Shown in pieces: positions 17,201 through 24,749 of a stretch of DNA of 36,726 nt; the first letter of the stretch is position 1; every line of letters starts with the position of its first letter. The position numbers and the translations under genes were made by a program. The stretch comes from Prasinococcaceae sp. CCMP 1430 (Eukaryota; Plantae; Prasinodermophyta). The notes beneath the pieces are model-generated. The model saw only the letters and a program-made list of their open reading frames with translations. It was not told where the DNA came from and made no database searches. Where the stretch lies: positions 1-36,726 of the forward strand of contig RQSC01000842.1 of assembly GCA_013416795.1 (NCBI GenBank), read 5' to 3'.

Positions 17201-18719
17201 ACGCCTGCTCAGCTGCGGCCGCGCCTTCCTGGTCACTGTCCCTGCCGGGCGACGACAAGGAAGCGAAGATTGCGGCTGCCGCAGCGGCGGCCTTCTCGGT
17301 TGCCACTGACTTGCGGCTCCGCCGGACCGGCGGCGCTCGCGAGGCCGCGAGCCTGCGCGTGTGCTCCTCTCGCTCCTCGTCCAGAAGTGCCTGACGCAGC
17401 CCGAGCAGCTTCTGCTCTAGGTCCGGATGGTTGGCCTGAGTGCCATCGCCATCGCCTTCGGCGTGCGCCTGCGCGAGCTCAGCGCGCAGCGCAGCAGCAG
17501 CTCCCGCTTGTCGCAGGAAGAAGGAGTCGGAGCTGCTAGTCACCTCGTTCACGCGAACGGCGTTGCGCACCCGCATGCAGCTTGCCGCGAAGCGCAGCGT
17601 TGACTTGTTCTCTTCGACGTTCCACGGCGCGGGCGTCAGGGCGCAGATGACCACCGTCCGCGCATTCCCGCCCAGCGGGGCGCGCAGGATGCGCGTGAGC
17701 ATGCTGTCGCGGTATGGGATGCGGCTGATGCCTTTGTCGGTGCCATACGCTTGCACCCCACGCTTTCTCCGCCCAAGCTTCGAGACGACCAGTCCCAGCG
17801 TGACGAGCGATCTGTTGATGATATCGCCCGGCTCGGCGAGCCTGCCAGCTCTCTCGGCCTCGATGTGCTCACGCCCCACGTTGGCCACCTCCACCAGGTA
17901 CAGCCTCCCAACGCGCGCGCTGGAGTTCCGGCTCCCGCCTCGCTCAGCGGATTCGACGGTGAGGCGTAAGATCGTGTGCGCGCGGCTTTCCTCCGCGCCG
18001 TCGATCGCCCGGCGCGTGCGCTCACCTTCGTCCAAGATGGCCTCGACGTCGTCCTCGTCGCGAACAATCCGCTCCGCGCAGCCCTTCACGACGGCACCGC
18101 TCGTGGCCTCCGCGCGCATCACGAGCGATTCGTTTCGCGCGTCCAACAGGTCAGCAAGCTCCTCGCCATGCACCTGGAAGAAGGCCGCGCGCACGACGCA
18201 CTCGCGCTGCGCGGCCTGCGCAGCGGCGGCCGTGAAGACGTCGCGGGCGGCACGCAGCGCAACGCCCGGGTCGGACGCGGTGCCGCGCATCGTGTGCGAC
18301 TTGCCCGCGCCCTCTGGGCCATAGACGAGCACGCATCCATTGCAGCCCTCGGCGACAGAGCGCGCAATGGACGCGGGCCAGTCCAAATACACCTCCGCCG
18401 TGGATGCGTCCGGACGGTAGACAGCATCGTACTCCCACGGTCCCGTGGGAAGTTTCACGGGAGACGAGCCGGCGGGCGGCGGCGACGAGGGCGCCGCGGC
18501 CGCGTCGCCCGAGTACGCGAGCGTGTTCCCGACGACGCGCAGCTTTGGCAGTGGCACCAGCGCGGATGGAGAGTCAGCGTGCGTGGCCGCGTGCATTGCG
18601 GCTTCCTTGGCAGCCCTTCGGCGCTCGGCGTCGGAGAGCGGCCTGAGGCGCACGACGACGGCCACGCCGAACTCGTCCGTATCCGCGACCACCTCCGAGG
18701 CGCCGCCGGCCGCCGCCAT
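14214..18719 (-). CDS. Kinesin-7 (CENP-E-like) protein with long coiled coil and degenerate switch I/II
   Basis: N-terminal motor domain: VVVRLRPL, P-loop YGPEGAGKSHT, INRSLVTLGLVVSKL, IPYRDSMLTRILRAPLGGNARTVVIC, STLRFA...VNEV. About 900 aa of Ala/Glu-rich heptads. Best ATG at 18719; upstream open-frame sequence looks non-coding. Confidence 0.88.
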   Translation of the reverse strand: MAAAGGASEVVADTDEFGVAVVVRLRPLSDAERRRAAKEAAMHAATHADSPSALVPLPKLRVVGNTLAYSGDAAAAPSSPPPAGSSPVKLPTGPWEYDAVYRPDASTAEVYLDWPASIARSVAEGCNGCVLVYGPEGAGKSHTMRGTASDPGVALRAARDVFTAAAAQAAQRECVVRAAFFQVHGEELADLLDARNESLVMRAEATSGAVVKGCAERIVRDEDDVEAILDEGERTRRAIDGAEESRAHTILRLTVESAERGGSRNSSARVGRLYLVEVANVGREHIEAERAGRLAEPGDIINRSLVTLGLVVSKLGRRKRGVQAYGTDKGISRIPYRDSMLTRILRAPLGGNARTVVICALTPAPWNVEENKSTLRFAASCMRVRNAVRVNEVTSSSDSFFLRQAGAAAALRAELAQAHAEGDGDGTQANHPDLEQKLLGLRQALLDEEREEHTRRLAASRAPPVRRSRKSVATEKAAAAAAAIFASLSSPGRDSDQEGAAAAEQASEGGDSPSTPAKKGLEWQEEAYGASECTPPQTQESISVGDAELEQARAAQLVAQSALEVTKAKLRLEAEGRAKAEGELYALRARKLDVEDARDAAERELEALAEANANLRTKLRAISEAKANAEAELGVATASIQVIETSLHGAMAAKSRAEGELKATLDDTRRLEHKLADAAAANSSMEFELAEMSAKAAANADVDHATAEGEISAMKEAHRATEEALRGELAAMKETNTELVGDVRTLRTEVIALTAAKAGVEGELKTATEAIAAKRRASEDSETGWRAELKALAEAKASIEAELAAVVGAKASVDAKLSAAEEKLDATVQARTDIERALRDELCAVGEARARAESELDRANEMLKAAVDESAGTERALRAELSAVAEAKATVESTLEALAAELATTTKMKEEAQNELKVVTEVKSGLKGALDAVNDTNSGFEATLEQLSEELKIARADKESAEEQTQAALAGRDAAEVEMRAAQAEKEKLRGELEGMAAAAARVDGELASSGSTVSELQKELASARTERARLEIALGAARADAEAARADAEAARADAETARADAETARTAAATTAEEMLRSTVAAAASEAEANESQLNAVRAQLEVERAGRVTAQSELAEVDGRLRSAVADGDRYKAAAAELETQLCSLRTDLQGAQASAEQKSRAEVDNAKAGVAASKKDVARLRAELEKSRESAKRLSESLKNTRARSEADVKRLASELRAASGTAREHRAELANAERVHRGELARSKMHADALAKQLAGAKAEIGKREKAIAAMSAAAHKRKRELAKASKEHKETATELGRARAQLSRVQQQQARLAAGRREHRPEQSAQPQESTGVGAPASAAAGTGQATPSDGGSADVGANGGEASAKRPEGAGRELLQPFRALRGIAGAVAGAGVAIFTAGARGGAKAASAASAQATDAMSPARGPLPSPPRSPARRTPAGSPLRSPPPARSPAPRASPGSSSSHVRRMGLDKVLVTVTERIDAGVAKSAPLPPLG
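15526..15611 (-). repeat. 21-bp in-frame tandem repeat (one heptad, ARADAE[A/T]) about 4 copies
   Basis: Encodes AARADAEAARADAEAARADAETARADAETAR within the kinesin coiled coil. Confidence 0.85.
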
Positions 18720-19640
18720 CGCGCCGGGGCGCTGCGGGCGCGCCGCCGGCGAGGAGATTGCCAGGGATGGGAGGGGACTGCGGCGCGCGGCGGCGACGCG
18801 CCCCCCGCCCGCGCTGTGACCCGGCCGGCGCTCCCCCCTTCTCTCCCTCCCCCATCCCCCTAACCCCCTCCCACCCGGTTCGGCGCCGCACCGAGCGCAC
18901 CCGCCGCGCGGCGCCGTGCCCCCTGGATTCTCCAGCAGCTCGCCAGCCGGAGCGGGCGCGGTCTCGGACGGGCGGGAGGACTCCCCCGAACCCCATCGGC
19001 GGCGGGGGCGAAAGGGCGTCCCAACCGCCGCGCCCCGCCGCGCCCCGCCGCGCCGATGCCGGATCGGATCCGTCGATCGACTCCTCGCTCGGCCGGTCGG
19101 TCGGGTGGATCCGTCCGGATCGGGATCGGGGGGGCGGGGATCCCCACGCTTGCGAGCTGCCTCCTTCTGCGCAAAATTACAGACCCTAACCCTAAATCCT
19201 CGGAGGCCTGCCCGGGCCCACCCACCCCCGCGCACGCGCGCTCGCCGGCCGGCGAAACAAAAACACGTCCGGCTGGCAGGCGGAAAAAAGACTGACAGAC
19301 GGAGAGACACACACNCCGCTGGGAGCGCGGCTGGTGGTGGGCGCGGCGAGGGGATTGAGGGCGCGGATGGCGGTGGCGGCGACGGCCGGCCGCGAGCGCG
19401 GGGGCAGAGGGCGGGGGAGGACGATCGAGGGCCGGTGCCGTCCCGCGAGCGCGGGCATCCGCACGGGGCGCGGGGGCGAGCGAGGAAGCGAGCGCAGCAG
19501 CCACCCCCGCTGGATGGCGCGCCTGACTCCGACCGCGAGGCGCCTGCGCCTGCGACCCTCGGGCTGACGGCGAGTGCGGGCTTGCTCGCGGTGGGCCTCG
19601 TCGCTCGCGCGCTCGCGCGGCGGCGCACGCGGCGGCGCAG

Positions 19641-21200
19641 GCCGCAGCTGAGCGCGCGGCAGCCGCGCAAGCGGCGGCCGTCGCACGGCGCGAGGCGGAG
19701 CAGCGCGCCGCTGCCCGAGCCGTCGCGCTGGCTGAGCTCGAGGCGAAGTTCGAGCCTCTGCCCAATTGCAAGCTCGTACCGCGGGCCGAGCTCGCCAGGC
19801 CGTGGTCGCCCGTCGGCGGAGGCTCGTTCGGCTCGGTCTTCAGCACGTCGTGGCTCGGCCAGCCTGTCGTGGCGAAAAGGCTCAAGCGCGTGCGCGATCT
19901 CGCCGATGTCGACGCGCTCGTCGCTGAGGCGGCCGTCCTCGGCGCGATCGGCCCGCACCCCTGCATCGGGCTCTATTACGGAGTGAGCGTGGACGTCGTC
20001 GACGAGCCCGCCAGGGGGGGAGGCGAAGGCGACGGCAGCGCGAGCGCGGACGACGGCGGCGGCGGCGCGCGGCGGGCAGGCAGCGCACCCGTCTGGGATC
20101 GCCTGCGCCCCGACGTCGCGCTAATCATGGACCTGGCGGAGGGTGACCTGTCGATGCTGCTGTACAGCCGCGACAGCGCCACGGGTGAATTCGACTACCC
20201 GCTCTCGCTGGCAGACGCGCTGGGGCTGGCGCTGCAGATCGCGCAGGCGCTCGCGCACCTGCACTCGACGGGCGTGGCGCACATGGACCTGAAGCCGGAG
20301 AACGTGCTGCTCGAGGCTGCGCGCGAGGGCACGCCCACGGTCGCCGGCGGTCGGTGGCGCGCTCGCGTCGCCGACTTCGGCCTCGCACGCATCTCGACGT
20401 ATCAACGCACGAATTCGCCAACCTCGACATTGCAAGGCTCCACTGTCAGCTCGAGCGTCATGAGCTCGGTTCGTGGCGCGCGCGGCGCTCATTTGGCCGC
20501 GTCGTACGTCGGCAGCACTGCCACGAGCGCCTACCGGCCGTCGGCCGCCGTGGCACTTGGGACGCGTGGCGCTGAGGGAACTGTTGAAGTTGGGGGCGCG
20601 CCCATGGCTGGCGACACCGTCGACGAGACGGAGGCTGCCGGGAGAGGCGCGGAGGAGGGCCGCGGAAGCGCGGGTCAGGCGGCGCAGGATCAGCCCGCAA
20701 CACCGGCGGAGGCCGTGCGCGCGGCGGCCGTCGCGGCGCACGCCGCCGCGCACGGCGCCGCGCCGCGGAATCGGCGCGTTGGAACGTACGCCTTCATGCC
20801 ACCTGAGGCGTTTTCCACGTCTGATAGCGACATGGACGGTTCGTACGACGAGCGCTGCGACGTGTACTCCTTCGGCGTGCTGCTGTGGACGCTCATGACC
20901 CGCGAGCGACCGTGGCAGCGTTGTGGCAGCCGCAAGGAGCTGGTGGCGCGCGTGACGTCTGGCGAGCGGCCACCGTTGCGCCTGCCGCACGCGGAGATGC
21001 TCCGTCCGCAGCCGCCGCAGCTCGTTCACCTGTGGCCAGCGGGCACCCCTCCAGGGGTGGCCTCTCGCTTCGCCGAGCTCGTGCGCGCGTGCTGGCACCA
21101 CGAGCCCGCGGCACGCCCGGACATGTCCACTGCGATCACCGAGCTGCAGGCGATCGCTGCAGAAAGCGCCGCCGCCGCCGCCAGGGCCCCCTCGCGCTAA
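19641..21200 (+). CDS. TKL/MAP3K-like protein kinase, non-RD; 5' end unresolved
   Basis: Frame +3 is open from 19527 with no ATG before the kinase domain. VGGGSFGSVF Gly-loop upstream of the ORF-track start, VVAK, alphaC Glu (VAEAAVL), HMDLKPENVLL, DFG, GTYAFMPPE, DVYSFGVLLWTLMT..PW, CWHHEPAARP. The start given is a candidate CAG acceptor. Confidence 0.85.
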   Translation, partial: AAAERAAAAQAAAVARREAEQRAAARAVALAELEAKFEPLPNCKLVPRAELARPWSPVGGGSFGSVFSTSWLGQPVVAKRLKRVRDLADVDALVAEAAVLGAIGPHPCIGLYYGVSVDVVDEPARGGGEGDGSASADDGGGGARRAGSAPVWDRLRPDVALIMDLAEGDLSMLLYSRDSATGEFDYPLSLADALGLALQIAQALAHLHSTGVAHMDLKPENVLLEAAREGTPTVAGGRWRARVADFGLARISTYQRTNSPTSTLQGSTVSSSVMSSVRGARGAHLAASYVGSTATSAYRPSAAVALGTRGAEGTVEVGGAPMAGDTVDETEAAGRGAEEGRGSAGQAAQDQPATPAEAVRAAAVAAHAAAHGAAPRNRRVGTYAFMPPEAFSTSDSDMDGSYDERCDVYSFGVLLWTLMTRERPWQRCGSRKELVARVTSGERPPLRLPHAEMLRPQPPQLVHLWPAGTPPGVASRFAELVRACWHHEPAARPDMSTAITELQAIAAESAAAAARAPSR

Positions 21201-21373
21201 GCGCGCGCGCATGGCGGTGTGACGAATTGAAGGCGCCTGGTGGGCTCTGCGCGCCCCACGCGCGTCTACCACGCCCGTTCCTCCCAGCAGCGGCTTTCGA
21301 CGCCAAATACGGCCCGCAGTGACACAGTGACGCAGAGAATCGTTGTATACCAAGTTAACAGTACCAATTAATG

Positions 21374-22727
21374 CTAGTCGCACACGGACGGCGTGGAGGG
21401 CGCAACGCACGCCGTGCTGTCGTCAGAGAGCGACGGCGCCGCGTCGTCCGCGAGCTCCTCAAGCGCGAGCGCGGCGAGGCCGTCCAGCGCATCGTGTCCC
21501 TCCCCCCCGACGCCGAGTCCAGCGCCCGCTTCGACGCCCGCACCCGCCCCCACTTCGGCGAGCGCGTCCAGCGCGGGCGCGGTGCCGGCTTCGCAGCCGT
21601 CGCCCTCGCCGTTGAGAGCGCCAGAGGTGCGCGCGAGCCGTCGCTGTCCCATCACCCATAGCGTGAGGGCGTACCTGTCCGGTGCGTCGATGGAGATCGG
21701 AAGCACCTCATGGCGCGTGGCGTCCGCTTCAAAGAGCACGACCGTACCCGCCTCGGGCACAACACGCATCTCCCTCTCGCCCTCCACCTCAACCTCGCCC
21801 ACCTCCTGCAAGCAGCAAGTGCGTCAGCGACGCAGCGCGCACACTCGCGCTCTCCTGGACGTGCGGATGCGCAAGGGGTACGCAGATGCGCGCTCGCGCG
21901 TGCTGACCCGCACGCACGTGCCTTCCGCAGGTCCACTCGCAGGCAGCCCCCGTGCGCGTCGGCGTCCCAACCCTTGGTGAGGTACGCGACGGCGGTGAGC
22001 ACGCGGCCGTCCCCACGGCCGTCGCCGTCAGCGTTGTCCACGTGCGCACCGTAGCCTGATGCACCCGCGGCGTAGCGCGCCACCATCGCATCCGTGCGCT
22101 CTGTACGCTGAAGCACGTCTGTAAGCGCGTCGCACGTGGCCTGCGCGTGTCAGGCAGCGCATGCGAGCGCGTGCCGGGGGCGGGTGTGTGTGGGGGGGGA
22201 AGGGGCAGGGCGTCAGCATGTCAAGTGCATCCGACTGCATACGCACATGCGCGGCGCGAGGCATGCGTGAGCGGTCTCACCTCCGCTATCGCGGCGAGCT
22301 CCCCGTCGACCACCGCGAGCGCACTTGTAGAGAGCGTGCTGAGCAAATCTTCCTGCGTACAGCCGACCCCGCTGGCTCTGCTCGCCGCTGCGGCAGGGGC
22401 TGCGGGTGCTCCCGTCGTCTCTGCGGCGACTCCAGCTCGCCGCGTGGCCATCCGTTCCGCTCGGTGTGCGTGCAGCCACATGACGCTGTCGGATCGCGCC
22501 GCAGCGTCGTGGGCCGCAGTGAGCCCCCCCCTCCCCCCCTCCACCGTCACCTGACCCGCCTCCATCGCGCCCGCCGCGTGCAGCTCGCGCGCCTCCGCGG
22601 CGGCCGCCGCGCAGAGCTCCGCGGGCAGCGCGCCACCTCGCACGCCCGAGCGGGCGCACCGCGGCGGGGCGCGGCCGCTGCGCGCGCCGCGACCTCCACC
22701 CCGGCCGCATCCATACCACCACCCCAC
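21374..22727 (-). CDS. EGLN/PHD-like 2-oxoglutarate Fe(II) prolyl hydroxylase; exons approx 22727-22281, 22140-21922, 21805-21374; 5' end unresolved
   Basis: RTDAMVARY...YGAHVDNADGDGRGDGRVLTAVAYLTKGWD...GGCLRV...VVLFEAD..HEVLP....RYALTLW parallels PHD2 (RTKAMVACY...[25 protein letters not shown]...HEVQP...RYAITVW). HxD...H and the 2OG-binding Arg are intact. No in-frame ATG at the 5' end; the nearest ATG (22714, MDAAGVEV) is in another frame. Confidence 0.85.
21806..21921 (-). other. Probable GC-AG spliceosomal intron (116 nt)
   Basis: AAG|GCACGT...GCTGAC...TTGCAG|GAG is the only phase-compatible junction I found; the nearby GT donor at 21917 is phase 1 with no matching acceptor. Confidence 0.7.
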
Positions 22728-23172
22728 GGGTGGGAGAGAGTGAGAGAGGGAAGGACGAAGGTGGGAGGAGGAGGAGGAGGAGGAGGAGGGTGAGAGAGAC
22801 AGCGAGAGAGAAGGAGGGCACCGGCTGCGGCGGGGAGGGTGGGGCCGAGGCGGGGCGCACCCGCCCGCCCGGGGCGCGGCGCGCCAAGTGGCGCCGGCGA
22901 TCGATTACCCGCACAAATCCAAATCCGCCAGATTATTGATTGATGGATGGGCAAACTCATCGCGCTTCGACCAGTCGACTGACTGACGTGCGTTTGGTTT
23001 GTTGGTTGGACCCCTGCGCGCGCATCTGGATCAAAAGACGGGCTCGTCCGGGGCGGCGGCGAGCGCGGCGGCGCGCCTGGCGCCTGGCGCCGGGTCGCGC
23101 GCGGGGAGGGGGCGTTGCGAGCGCGAGCACGCCCACCCCGCCCGCGAGCAAGCGAGCGCGCCGACGGGCGCG

Positions 23173-24287
23173 ATGGCGCACGCGCGCCCGGTGTCGCTCG
23201 CCGAGCAGCCCATCCTCCAGGTGTCGCCCGCGGGCCCCGTGTACTGCATCGACGTCGAGTGTGCCGCAACCGGGACCGGCCACAACGACCGCGAGATGAT
23301 CCAAATCGGCCTCGTGGACGCCGCGGAGAACGTGCTGTGCAACCTCTATGTGACACCAGAGTCGGCCGTCGTAAGCTATCTGACACCGCTGACAGGTGAG
23401 GGCGAGAAGAGCTGGACAGCCGCCCCACCCACCCACCCACCATCCCTCCCTTCCCTCCCCCCCCCCTCTCCTTTCTCGAGCATCATGTGCGCTGACGCGT
23501 CTGCGCGCGGGCCGGCCCACGTGCCGCCCTCCCCGCGTTGCGGCCCCCCACGCCATGGGCCTCGGCGCCCCGCGCCTGTGCACACAGGCATCACCGCCGA
23601 CATGATCGCGCAGTACGGCATGCCGCGTGACCAGGCGCTGGCTGCGCTGCGCGCATGCCTGCCACGCAACGCCGTCGTCGTGGGCCAGAACATTTCAACC
23701 GACATCAAGTGGCTGCAACTGCGCGAGGGACAGGACTACGCCAGCCTGGTCGACCTCGTGGGCCTCTTCCGCGCGTGGAATGAGAAGTATTCGAGCTACA
23801 CCTACTTTGGGCTGGAGCACGAGACCTCTATGCTGCTTGGCATTGATGACGCAGGCCAGGCGCACAACGCCGTCACCGACGCCATCAAGGTGCGAGCGCT
23901 CTGCCCGCACGCGCCACGAGAGGAGCGGGGTGGCGCGCCGACGCGCATGCCGCTCGATTCACGAGCGCTCGCGCGTCTCCCTCGAGCAGCCGCGCCCAGT
24001 GCACGCCCGAAGCTGGTGCTGTGCGGCCGAGTGAGCCGTTCCCATCGTTCCACGCAACTATGCTGACCTGCGCGCCATGGCAACACGCCGCTGCTCCGCT
24101 GAAGTCCATGCGCCTCTTCAAGCTGTACATGAGCCTGCAAGCGGACCCAGCCGCCATGGAAGCCGCGAGAAGGAAGCTGCTCTCGCGGCCTCCGGCGCCG
24201 TCATTCGCCCGCCTCAACCCGACTTTCGAGGGCTGCTGCATGGGCAACCGAAGAACATGCAAGTGCGGCGCTCCATTCTTCAGCTGA
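23173..24287 (+). CDS. DEDDh 3'-5' exonuclease (REX4/ISG20-like); exons 23173-23395, 23588-23889, 24105-24287
   Basis: CIDVEC (ExoI), VGQNISTDIKWL (ExoII), HNAVTDA (ExoIII). GT-AG introns 23396-23587 and 23890-24104 join in frame. Cys-rich tail GCCMGNRRTCKCG. Confidence 0.88.
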
Positions 24288-24749
24288 GCGGCGCGAGGAG
24301 GGCGCGCGCCTGGCTTTGTCAGGCAGGGGCGGAGGCGGACATGGTGACGCGCAATGGGCGTGGGCGCGAATCAGCGCGACGGGGTGGGCGGAGGATGAGG
24401 CGTGAGAGGGGGGGGAGGGCGGAGTGGGAAGGCGGTCAGGGGCAGCTCGACCGTGCAAGCTCTACGAGCGGCAGCGCTGCCTGAAACCGAGCAGGCCGTA
24501 GGCGGCCTTGTACGATATGAATGCGGACACACACTAGCAAAAGCCAGCAAAAACATGTACACGAAAACTGATGTCACACTTGCCTCGAGCACATAGCCAG
24601 ACCATGCGCGGCCGGCGCACCGCCCGCGACCCGCCTGCTGTAGGCGGCGAGGCGGGGGGAGGGACTCGCTGGCTCATCGCGAGCGCCACACGCGCTCTCG
24701 GTCGCGCCCTCGCGGCCGGGACGCGCGCGCGCACAGGGGCGGGGGGGCG

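Noticed and set aside
18720-19958. About 410-aa N-terminal extension of the kinesin ORF
   Set aside because: Arg/Pro/Gly-rich low-information translation that crosses an N and overlaps the kinase gene. The ATG at 18719 sits directly before the motor domain.
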